Assembly: GCA_976551045.1 (NCBI GenBank)
Contig: CDPCPM010000062.1
Location: 4,650,001 to 4,714,000, forward strand
Source: Glaucostegus cemiculus
Lineage: Eukaryota
DNA: 64,000 nt
Reading direction: 5' to 3'
This document shows positions 37,322-49,310 of this stretch, piece after piece (the first letter of the stretch is position 1; every line of letters begins with the position of its first letter). A program made the translations under genes and the position numbers. The notes under the pieces were generated by a model. It was not told the origin of the DNA. It worked only from the letters and a program-made list of their open reading frames with translations, and searched no databases.

Positions 37322-37946
37322 ATGGACAATGCAAGGATGAACTCCTTCCTAGACTATTCTATCATTAGCGGAGAAACTGGGACTTGTTCTTCCAGAAGTT
37401 ACCATGCAGAGCAAGGAATTACAACTTATCAGTCTTGTGCCGTTGGCAATAACAACAGCAACGTTGATGACCGCTATATCGTGAGCAGAGGTGTGCAGAT
37501 AGGTGCTCCTCTTCATCATCACCACCACCAACATGCCAGCTACACGCACAACAACCTGGGCATTCCCTACAGTGCCCACCCTAACTGTGGGACAGGATAC
37601 CCAGCACAGAGCTTTAACCCAGGCTACAGTCATCACTACTCACTGAATCAAGAGACTGATGGCAACGGAGGTTATCCTCAATGCAATCCTGCTGTCTATC
37701 CGGGAAACCTTGCCTCAGCAATTAGCCCACAGCACCATGGCTATGGCGGGATGGTGGGACCAGGCCAATATGCCCATCACCCTTACAGGCAAGAACAGCA
37801 GAGTTTAGTGCTCGCCGCAGGCTGTCACCCCATGTCACCCGTTCCTGGCAATCACCAGGAGGCTTGCTGCTCCCCGACAGCTGAAACTTCTCCTCCAGCA
37901 CAGACCTTTGAGTGGATGAAAGTGAAGAGGAATCCGCCAAAGACAG
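37322..37946 (+). CDS. HOXA1: Homeobox protein HoxA1, coding exon 1
   Basis: [13 protein letters not shown]-terminus, His tract, [14 protein letters not shown] hexapeptide; donor G|GTAAGT at 37947. Confidence 0.97.
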
Positions 37947-38376
37947 GTAAGTTGAATTTACCTTGTGTATGCTTTCTTCTATTTTTATGGATAAAAGTAA
38001 GATGAAGCCAGATTCTCGCAAAGTGTGCTGGAAAAGTGATTGCCAAGTCTGTCACGTCTGAATGAAAACAATGAATCTTAATCTGTTGCATATTGTTAAA
38101 GCTGACCTGGTGGCCTCACCTTTCGTCTTCATTATTTCTCCTGTGATCTATTATTTTCTTTTCAGTCTTCTGGACCTCACCCGAAGTCGATTTTGACCAT
38201 CAACTGGTTGATGTTATGTAGCGGTAATAATTTTGTTTGTCTTATATATCCGAAATACCGACGTGGAAATGCTGGGTTATCAGTACATGAAATCTAGACC
38301 AGAACTGTAGCATTCTTCCCTTTTAAATCCTCTCTAACTTACTTATTTGTTTTGTGATCAATTTTTACTGGTTTAG

Positions 38377-38729
38377 GAAAGGCTGGCGAGTACGGATTTG
38401 CCGGTCAGCCCAATACGGTGAGAACCAATTTCACCACCAAGCAACTGACAGAGCTAGAGAAGGAGTTCCACTTCAACAAGTACTTGACGCGGGCCAGGCG
38501 GGTGGAAATCGCTGCTGCCCTCCAGCTTAACGAAACCCAGGTCAAAATTTGGTTCCAGAATCGACGGATGAAACAGAAAAAGCGGGAAAAGGAGGGTCTT
38601 AACACAGCTTCTCCGGCCACGCCTGGGAGTGAGGCAAACACAGAAGACACCTCAGACAAATCCAGCTCTACCTCATCGACTCCCTCCCCTTCATCGTCTA
38701 CCTCAGAAACTCTTAATACTTCAGGCTGA
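38377..38729 (+). CDS. HOXA1: Homeobox protein HoxA1, coding exon 2 (homeodomain)
   Basis: acceptor tttag|GA; [72 protein letters not shown]; 325 aa spliced. Confidence 0.97.
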
Positions 38730-39973
38730 AACATTCCAAACACGAACCCAAACTGGAACCATGCGTTTTACCAGTTGTCTTTAGTTTAAAAAAAACGTAA
38801 TTCCATATGATTTTCTGGGAAACGAACCAAAAGGAACATTATGACTTGGAGAAAAAAAATCTGCCAATCTCTAAACGAACCAGAGATGCACTATTACAAA
38901 AGCGTTTACACTAAAAACCAACTACTGTATAATATAATTGTCCTATTTTAATTTAACGTGTTGCATATATATTGTAAGCTGCGCTGGTTGTATATATTGT
39001 CAAGAGTTTTATCTTTTTACAAATATTTTCTAAAAATGATGCTGAGAGTCAGGGTCATGCGGCCCTTATATGAAGTAGATGTAGAGATTTTATATAAAAA
39101 TGTAATCAATGAATTGCAGTGGAAGTGATGCATTTCTTGTTCATGCAGAAAGTAGAGCTGAGTAAATAGAGATGCTCTCCCCACACTGTGGAAAATTATA
39201 TGTACAGGAATTACTGTATACTTCATTGCACTGGGCTATGTAAAATGTGAAAGGTGAAAGGTGAAAGGTGTTAAGTATATGTCCCCCTTCCAAATGTAAG
39301 TTGGTTATCTCAAGACCAGCAGTAGTACATTGTTAAAATACCTCAGAATAATCACGTTTACTCAGATATTTGTTGGGCTTAATGTCATGAGCTACCTGTT
39401 AAAGTAAGTTAATTAAGAATGTAAGCCAAACGAATGTTTCTTTTTTCCTGTGGTTTGTGTCTAGAATTTTGCATGATACAATGCTGTCAGTGTGTACTTC
39501 TACATTACTGAGTTTTATCAGTTCTTCTCTGTGACTAGATGTTATATACAATCAGCACGTGATTTGAGACAGTTCTGAGATTTTCTGTGATTGAAATCCA
39601 GAACAGAATTTACGGGTCCAGATAATAAATTCTATTAAAATGCTGCGTTTCTTTGTTATAATCCAGTATGTAACATTTGGATTATAATCCAGTATGATTT
39701 CCTGAACTTGCTTACTTATTAACACTATTTTGACATTTGTTTTTATTTCCTCCAACATTATTTTTTTACATTACATACGTTTTGTTTATTTTAGATTCTT
39801 AATTGCTGAGGCATGAGGAGAGAGGGAAAATCATTGAGGTTAATGCTTGCCGGTACAAGCACATTGAATCACAAGTCAAAAGGGACGGTTTCTGCTCATG
39901 AGGAAAAACCAGCGGCTCTTTAAAGGACCTTTTCAGATCAACGTTAAATGCCACACATACCAGATCGAAAGAG

Positions 39974-39987
39974 TGACCTTTTCACCT
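39974..39987 (-). promoter_or_regulatory. DR2 RARE 3' of HoxA1
   Basis: minus strand AGGTGA-aa-AGGTCA. Confidence 0.7.
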
Positions 39988-41684
39988 TGAACAACTTATT
40001 TACATATATGTAAACAACGCACTTTCCAAAAACATTGCCATCAACTAGCTTCAGATTATTGCACCAAGATTTCTTTGCTGATTTCACATACACGTATAAA
40101 AACATTTTAGCTCAACTGTACAGAATGAAAACACAAGATTATCGAATTAACTTTTTAAACTAAACTATTTTCTTCCTGTTGTTGTGACGGAACAAACTGC
40201 TGACGCCGCGTGACTAGAATGTCACTGGCATTTGCTTCAGAATCAACACGATTAGATGCAGTTTGGTGTCAATAGCAAAAGTCAATGGTGTTTTAGGGCA
40301 CGTCGGCCACATCAATGGAGAAATCTGCTATGAAGCTGTCTGCATTTGCAAGATTGGAGTCGATGTAAAAGAACTTCAAAGAAACGAACACTGATGCTCA
40401 AAGGCTCCAGTATCATTTTGTTTACTAAAAAACCCCAAACTTGTACAAAATCACAAGTTGAAATCAACCAACCTTTTTCGTTCCCTTATTTAGCTGGTGG
40501 ATTGAATGTTTCGTTCAATATATGCGCATTGCTTTACTTGATATTTTTTCAAGCGCACCTGGAGATCCAGTATGAAAAAGAAGGGCTTCAAACAATTTCA
40601 AAAGAAAGGCAATAGCCTGCGTTTATAATACACAATACACTCTTCATAACTTTTAGGGACATCTTCCAGCACATTACAGCCACTGAAGTGCTTTTGAAGG
40701 TTAAGCAACGCAGGGAATGCGATGACTAAATAAGAGGGAAAGATAATTCCTTAGAACAATTTAATTGTATAATTACTGTACTTTTATGCTTCCACAGTAC
40801 TATAAAAGTGCAAGCACTATAATTATGTACCCCCATATAAACTTTACAAACCGTTTGCACAGGCATTATGCATGGCTGTAATGCCTGGCCATCTGTTGCT
40901 GGTGAATAGGTGAAAAACCCAATCCCTAATGAATCCCGTTTGCTTTCTCACTCTGTAGATCTTAGTCCTCGCTGCTATAAACACCCATTCTATGGGAAAA
41001 GAGTCGAAGGAATGTGTGCACTTTAACGACTTCTTGTCAATGCATATACCTACCCATTTTGTATATACTCGAGAATACCGTCTGTAAGCTTATCACAGCA
41101 AACAGCAATCCTTCAAAATAAAACCCAGGAAATATAATGAAATCATGAGCTGACTTTTCCACACATTATAATTACTGAAAGACATATAAGAGACCTCTTA
41201 TCACATGTACAACTATTTTAATTTGATGTGAAATTTATAATTGCAAAAATCCAATTGAAATGTAACCTTGCCGTAAAATTTTGCGTTCAGTCTGTTCAAT
41301 CCACTAATATATAACTTCGATCGACGATATTTTTCTAATTTAGACTTTGTTTCCTTGTAGGGGTCAAGTTTTTGATGAGCACTGAGGATATTGTACCCTT
41401 TATTCTTATCCTTGGTTACTTTTTTGTGTATTGAATTGATCTGTCATGAACACAGTAGCTTTCTTAGATGATGATTTGTTTGATATCGTTGACGAGTTAG
41501 AGCACCGATGGCCTACAACGCTCATTCCATTGTAACATTCATCCTCATGAATTTACCTTTTCCATGTAGAGACTCCGCATTTTCCTCCAGGGCAATCAGA
41601 TTAAAGCTGATCAATATTTACTCGGCGTGAAAGGTTGACTGAAAACCCTATAGCTAAGAAACTGTTCAACCTTGTTTAATCTCC

Positions 41685-41701
41685 AGTTCACTGAAAGTTC
41701 A
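41685..41701 (+). promoter_or_regulatory. HoxA1 3' DR5 RARE
   Basis: AGTTCA-ctgaa-AGTTCA ~3 kb past the stop; equivalent of the mouse Hoxa1 3' RARE (GGTTCAccgaaAGTTCA). Confidence 0.9.
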
Positions 41702-44700
41702 AGCCGAATTAATTCAGTGTTGGGTCATTTTCAAATTAGCCCTCCTGTTTGTAGCTCGGAGTAAGACCCAGCATCAAACTCCAGACAAATCTCTAAGACC
41801 AGCGACATGGTGTAAGCAAACTACGCATAATCACAAAAAAACCCTCGCAGAATCCACAGCAAAATGCAGGGTATTAAGCAAATTGTTATCCTTGTTTGAG
41901 GTCAAAGTTCATCCCACCACCGAATAAATGAATATTTAATTATAGTTTATTGCCCTATTCTAATGACAGGTCACGTTCTTAGTAATCTTTTCTATAAACA
42001 TTGACGTCCTAATCGATACTGGGGTTTAGTTTTATGACAGAACTGAGACAGAAATTGCCAGCCGTTATTGCAAGTCTAACTAGACTTCATTGTCTACAGG
42101 AATTGCTTTAATATAACGATTTATTTCGTTGAAAGATGACAAGTTGCAATGGAATTCCGATTACTTAGTATTCATAAAGCCTGTAACAGCAACATATAAT
42201 AAGATCCCCAAAACAGAATATTATCACGCATGATTACGCAAATAGTTGGGAGCATTTTCCTATATTGTAGATTTGTGAATCTTCCGTGTCAGATTAATTT
42301 CTACTGGAATTCTGAAACACTTTTGTTCTTCGTATTTGGAATTCGTATAATAATGGTGATTCTCAGAATGAACGATGAGGTATATGATTTATGGAAGGGG
42401 TTAAGTAGCACTTAGAACCGCAAATACAATGGACTGACTGCACCCAGCAATACTAAAATCGAGACATTTAATACACTTCGTAATCTCATCTATATTTAAA
42501 CAAACGATTGCAAATTATTCAGTTTTTCTGAAAGTAGCGTAAATTCACAGTCCTGCTTTAAATGCGTGCAGTGATTGGAAATATCTCTATAACTACCGCA
42601 AGTGACCTCTGAAATAGTCAAATCAACTCTCGAGTTATCAGTCGTCACTGGATAAATAGACTAAGTCGGACAAGCTGACAGAATGAAGAAAGGCTTAAAA
42701 TGAAAGGCACACATTAGACAATGTAGATAAGTACAGAAAGATTATCCGTGTAGCATTGTACAGCGAATTGCAGCATTTTCTTTCGAGGATATTTTGAGGT
42801 GCCAATTACACAAATAATGGTGGAATATATTCGTATCTCAAGACCATCACAATATTGATGTCTGCCCTGAACTCGGGCAAATTAAGTTATTGAAAACAAA
42901 TGAATTTATGAAATCCGATCTTTTATTTTAACTCACTTCAGGTTCAGAGACAATCAACAAGTTAAAAGTTCACATGTAAACCGTTTCAAAAGTGTATATT
43001 TCCTAATATTCAAGTCGCTCGATCAGGAGATTAGTAATATTCTCCTGTTCTTTCCCGACCTGCTAAAAAAGGGACATTTATGTTTTTTGGTTGGGGGGGG
43101 GCTTCGTTTGAAAGATTTTCAATCTTTACCTGCTCAGGTCGACATACTTGTTTTAGTTATAAGTTGATACTATCAATGATCTTGGAGCACTTCTTGCATT
43201 TGTAAATTCACTTTCATAACAACGAATGGACTATTCAAGCTGTACAGTACTAATCTACGCTATAAGACAGTAATTTGTTTCGAAATAATTAACTGAGTCT
43301 ATATACTGGACAATCCCAGTTTTGACCTTTTGATAGTTTTGCCCATAAGGTTAAACAAACGTACTCCAGGATGTAAGAGCCGATTCATCAATTTAAGAGG
43401 CAGGCAGTAGCTGGCTGTGCGTGATAGCAAAAATTTTACATCTGGAAACAATAGGAGAGTTTAATATTATGTTCAAAATTACGCGATGCCAAGTAATAAA
43501 ATATAAAAAAAGGAACCGTGAGCAGCACACAACTCAGCAGCCACATTTGTTTCATTCCCCCAAAAATACGCAAATTACAAACAAAAAGTTGAAATATTTA
43601 ATCAAACTTCGCAATCATTTATATACAACACATTTCGTTTTTTATTAATAAGATCATGTTCAGAGTACACCTGAATTTGCTTATTTTACTAACAAGGCGT
43701 ATAATTGATTCTATTGAACAATAATATTTGTGGGTATTGTCAAATGTCCTTTTGCATATTTACACACAGATCATCGATCGGTCTTTCTCTTCCGCTGTAA
43801 TATTAATATAAAATTTCGGAAGTCAATAGTATCGATCAATAGTTTAAACATAATTTTCACAGTTAATAGCAGGAAGTGTGAAGAGATAAAATCGATATCG
43901 GCCAGGGTGTACAGATCTTGCGCTTGGTAATATTTACTGATAGTTCACGTTACCTCGCAACCGACTGATAAACTCCTGGTATTCACATGTATAAGACTAA
44001 AAACTCAAAACAAAAACATTGTTGAAAAATGAAGATCACTATTTTGGAAATAAAATCGAGTTGTAAATAAGTTATGCTATTTTTCGTTCCGTTGACGCAG
44101 TTTGAAGCAAGTCTTCACGCACTTTGAAGTGATGCCGAATACAATTCTTAAAATATTGTTTAGTTAGATACAGAATAGTGAAATTTCTCAATCAAAGCTT
44201 TAGCCAGCAGTGGAATTTCATTTTGCAGGTCCTAAGGTGCCAAAATCAGAATGAAATGCTCGGGGCTTTCGATTTTTTTGAATATATATTTCATGAGACG
44301 ATCACACTTTTCAATAATTTTAACAAGAATCGCAATGTCAGCTGGCGTTGAATCAATAAATGGGACAACTGAAAAAAAGTATTAATCAGTATGTTAAAAA
44401 TACAGACTGGAGATGTCTTTCACAGTTTTAGAAACTTAGAGCGAGATTAGACTTCTGTTACAAATCAAGTTGTTCATCGGCAAGAATCTGGTGCTGTTAG
44501 TTGCCACAGTCAGTGTGTGTCTGAATGTCTCATGCTACCTGTGGGTCTGCAAGTTGTACTGAAGTTCCTTCTGGTAAGATTATGTTATTTCTGAACAAGT
44601 ACAATTAAGCCTTCTTGCAGATTCATGTTTTTTTATTTACTCATTTCGAAAGGCAGACCAGCTCAAACGTAGGAAAAGTATGCTCTCTGTTATTTTTTAT

Positions 44701-46801
44701 TGCTGTAAATTGCACCAGTCACCAATAACCTTCGTTAAGGCCAGTCCTTATAATATAACACTGAACTCCATGAAACTGTACGGTAATTGATAACAACAAC
44801 TCGTTCCCCTCCCCACACCATGAAGCCCCCCCCCCAACACACACACACCTCCTCGAGAGGTGAATGGAGGTTTAACTTAACATATTTTATTCATCAATTG
44901 AGACATATGATGTTTTCATGTGCATCTATCAGCCGACCATTGTTTGATAGTTGTCCTCTCAGTATCCGATCGGGCCGCAGCCTTTGGTTGTTATGAGCAA
45001 GGATTTAGTTCGGCGCAGAGTTGCTGAAGATTAGAGCAGACGAGCAGCGCGAAGGGACACGAGCTACTTTATAATGTTGCTTTGCAGGTTAAACTTGGCA
45101 GGACTTGCTTTAGATCTGCGTTTAAACTGCAGTTTTACTGAGTTGGGGTTATTCAGAGAGTAGTGAAAATACTTATCGCGAATTTTTTCTGCTGTGTGTG
45201 GTGTTTTGTGTAACATCTCTGATACGAGAGCCTGACCCGTTTTCTTCCTACTTTCCCAACTGCGGAATTGTGTTCAGCTGCAGATCCAGGAGAAGATAAA
45301 ACAGCCCTTTGTGGTGCAATGAGCTCGGGGAAATCGATGACATTTACATAGAAGGAGCATTGGGTTTAACATGCACCGTTTAGATGTACAAGCTGGTTTG
45401 AACTAAAATTGATTATTAAATTGTACTGTAACTTACTTATTTTAAAAGTTTCTAATCTTTTTGAAAAATAATTCTTCAGAAACGTTTATTTGTTAAGATG
45501 CATCGTATAACAGCTCTTAGTGATCTGTTGAATATTGTAGAAAATATGAAGAGATTAATTTGGGGGTCATTTTGACGTAATTTACAAATACCATATTGTA
45601 CATCCATGTGCAAGCATTTAGCGTACATCAAACCTGTTCTACTTTAAAATCAAATACACTTTTGACTTCTTAATCAAAAGCAGGTAAGAGTTGAAAATTT
45701 AAAAACTAGACCCCTGTGAATTCCCAAAACGGGTCATTCAAAACGGTGAGTAGAGTGTACATGAAGATGTATAGTTCAGATGTAAAACGACGTGTATCCT
45801 GAATATAACAATTTTATTTCTCGTTTCTGAGGATAACTTTGATGTGGATGACCTTTGGAGACTTTAGTGCAAATTGAGTTTAAACTGTGCGATCAAACTG
45901 CTATTAATACAGAGCATGCACCTGAGGGAACGCACAGGAGAGGTGAAGCTTTCTTTAGTTCAGCTGATCGGAAACCACAGTAAGTAACAACCTTGCTTTT
46001 TAAAACAAAACATAACTGGAGCCTGTTACTGAATCATTTGCTTTTTTAAAAAATGTAGTATTAACAGATGAGATTGGAGGAAGTGCTACAGGGGGAGGGT
46101 AAAACGGGGATGGGGCGGTCGGAGAGTGGGTGTAGTTCAGTCATTACATCTTTTTAAAGCCCGCATGCTCAGTGCAGACCTTATGGTTGGATGTGACTTA
46201 CTGAGGGGACCGATACAATTGAGATAGTCCTTTCAGCATGTGGCAGCTCACCTTGCAGGGACAGACTGTTCACACCTCGCTTGAAGAACCTCCAGATATT
46301 TGTCAATTTTAGTGCAGAACCCATGGTGTCTTTTGTTTTAATATTCCGAATTTACAGCTCATTGATTGATAGCTGGAAATGGGTTGCAATTACATACCGC
46401 AGTGTTCTTCTTACACTACCTCCATGGACTTTTGTCTCCATTGGCCTGAATGTACACATCAGTACATTCGTGCAAAGAGTTAAATTTTGCTTCTTTTTTA
46501 GTATGCAATGGATGCATTCAGACAGTCCCAGTTCCTTGAGAAGTATACCAACTAGTCTGAGGGTCCTCTTGGGAACTTACTAAAACTAGTTTGATGCAGT
46601 GCCAGACTTGCATTACTTGTGGTCACAACCCGTTCCAGGGAGTCTTGTGTGGTTTGAGATGGCACATTCTATCCTTCTGAATTATCACCTCCATCACTTC
46701 CTCTAAAGGCTGAGCAGTCCAAGATTCTTTAGTCTTTCATAATACCCCAGCCGGCTAATGCTTGAGATGTTCACGTCCATGGTTACAAGATAGAAACTGA
46801 A

Positions 46802-47365
46802 GCAGAATCAGAATCAGGTTATTATCTCTGAGAGAACTTGTGAAATTTGTTGTTTTGTGGCAACAGTACAGTGCAAGACATAAAAAGCACCATGTTACAA
46901 AATAAATACATAGATAGATAGGCGACAGGCCGACAATGGCTAACACGAAGGGGCATAATTGTAAGGTGATTGGAAGAAGATATAAGGGGGATGTCAGGGG
47001 TAAAGTTTTTACACAGAGTGGTGTGTGTGTGGAGCGCAGAGGTTGTGGGGGAAGATGCATTAGGGACATTTGAGAGACTCTTAGATAGCCGCATGAATGA
47101 TAGAGAAATGGAGGGCTATGTAGGAGGGAAGGGTTAGATAGACCTTAGAGCAGGATAAAATGTCAGCACAACGTTGTGGGCCGAAGTGCCTGTACTGTGC
47201 TGTAATGTTCTGTGTTCCAGATAGAGAAATTAAAAAATAAAAAGATAAATAAATCAAACTAGGTAAGTAAGTAAATAAATAGGGCGCAAAAGGAATAATG
47301 CGGTGGTGTTCATGGGTTCATGGACTCTTCAGAAATCTGATGGTAGAGGGGAGGAAGATGTTCCA
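46802..47365 (-). mobile_element. Rex1/Babar-like LINE 3' end, interrupted by a CR1 fragment
   Basis: (CAGAAT)n tail; 46802-46915 and 47280-47365 align collinearly with the copy starting at 49770. Confidence 0.7.
46930..47217 (+). mobile_element. CR1 LINE 3' fragment
   Basis: degenerate TxGHxxK...DVRGKxFTQ coding end and gtgggccgaagtgcctgtactgtgctgta tail, shared with copies at 56965 and 58227. Confidence 0.85.
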
Positions 47366-47434
47366 ATGTTTTAGGAACATAAGTTGGTTTTTAAACATAT
47401 ACAACAAAACATTTCAGAAATTCAGCATTGTTGT

Positions 47435-48200
47435 TTCAGCTGGCATTTATTGCCCTTCGTTAAGTGACTTTGAGAAGGTTGTGCTGAACTATCCTCTTGA
47501 ATGACTCCAGTCCCTCTGGCGAAGGCACTCCCACACTAATGGTAGAGGACTGGTGATATTCTTCCAGGTCAGCCTGGTGGGGAATGTTCCCATCCTTGCC
47601 CTCCTTGATACTATATGTCGTAGGTATGCACAGTGATGTCATAGCAGGCTGTGTGATTAGTTGCAATGTATTTTGCAGATGGTACACATTGCAGCCCATC
47701 TGTGCCCACGGTGGAGGGAACAACTGTTTTGGGAGGGAGTTGTGGGGTCAGTCATGTGCCATGGATAGTGCTGTAGTTCTTGATAGTTGTTGGCATTGCA
47801 CTTATCTAGGCAAATGAAGATTATTCCATCAAGACTTGTAGATGGTGGAAAGGCCTTGATGTAGGATAGCCAGCCTCTGACCTCTCTCGTAGCCACACGT
47901 GATATTTATGTGGATGGTCTGGTTGAGTTTCTGGTCAATGGTGACAGCAGGATGTTGATTGTGGTGGGCCTGGTAATGGTAATGCTGTTGAATGTCAAGA
48001 TTAGGTGGTTAGAAACTCTCTTGTTGGAGTTGACCAGTGCCTGACACTTTTATGGCAAGATTGTTACCTGCCAATGATCAGCCATGCCTGAATGTTGTCT
48101 GGGTCTTCTTGCATGTTGGCAAGGACTGCTTCTTTGCTGAGAGTTGCAAATGGACCTCAACATAGCATAATCATGAGCGAACATCTTTACTTCTGACCTT
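47435..48200 (-). mobile_element. old LINE 3' fragment (clade uncertain)
   Basis: gctggcatttattgcccttcg...ttgagaaggttgtgctgaac...gaaggcactcccacac resembles a common elasmobranch repeat end; degraded, no long ORF. Confidence 0.55.
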
Positions 48201-48974
48201 TAAAGCCTCCTGCCTATAGGTATATAATCATTATGGCCCAGTGTATCATATAAAACTTATTTGGACTTATGCAACAAAGCATGACATTTCCAGGGGACTT
48301 TACAGTGAGACAAAGTCAAAAATACCTGAATTTTTCAACAATTTAGCCGAGTTTTCTTGATTGCCTGTGAAATACTAGGCTGCAAAACAGCACTGTTGGT
48401 GAGAGAGTTAACCCACATATGTACAGTAATCCCTAGGCTGCTCTGAGTGATGTTGATATCTTCAGCATCATTCCAATCGCAAAATCTGGACCACATGGAG
48501 GATGTGGTCAGAGTGTAAGTCTGTAAGAGGAAAGAGAATATTTCCAAATAAATGTTTTGCTGCCAAATTTTATACTGCATTTTTGATTGACTTTTGGAAC
48601 CAAATGTCATACATTATTTGTTGAAGAACATGATCCAAACATTAATTATCTCCCTTTTTACAGATGCTGACTGATCTGCTGCCCTGGTAATTTTTTTAAT
48701 GTATGAAACATTATGTACTATGTGACATTATGTCATACTTGGCAACTAATAACACAGCAAGTTTATTTAATACATCCTTTACCTATTATGAGCTAGTTGG
48801 CTGAAATGTAGAAGTCTGTTTGGCTACCTTACAGTAATATTTCATAAAAGTGACTGGTATATTTTAAAACAAGTTCACAAACAAATTCAACACAGAAGAT
48901 GGATCACTTTAAGAACAAATTCAGAAGCCAAGGAGAAAAGATATGCATGTATATGTTGCAAATCACTATTGCAG

Positions 48975-49310
48975 AATATACCAAAGTATTTTGAAGCCAT
49001 TAGAGCCATTTTAAAAATTAATCACTGCTGTAAAGTGAGAAATGCAGTACTCATTTGTGCTCAACAGGACCCCAAGAACAAGATAAGAATCAGGCAATTT
49101 GTTTTCTGGTAATGTTGGTTCTGTAATAAATATTGCATGGGACACTAGGAAAAAAAAGTCTCCTGGTCTTTTTCAAATACTGTCATTGTATATTTTATGT
49201 CTACCTGGGAGTGCAGAAGGGATCTTGATTTAACAATACATACAACCAAGACATTAGCTTTGATATTACAGCACTCCTTCAGTACCACACTGAAATGTTA
49301 CCCAGATTGG
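48975..49310 (-). mobile_element. DeuSINE (AmnSINE1/SacSINE1-like)
   Basis: taaatattgcatgggacact...ttcaaatactgtcattg...acagcactccttcagtaccacactgaaatgtt follows the Deu-domain consensus as I recall it. Confidence 0.7.

Noticed and set aside
38405-38743. 112-aa antisense ORF over the HoxA1 homeobox
   Set aside because: Typical antisense shadow of a homeobox exon
39656-39696. 14-bp palindrome tggattataatcca within a short direct duplication
   Set aside because: AT-rich, probably local slippage; no functional support
45230-45990. Possible SKAP2 coding exons downstream of HoxA1
   Set aside because: Frames I translated contain early stops and no SKAP2-like peptide
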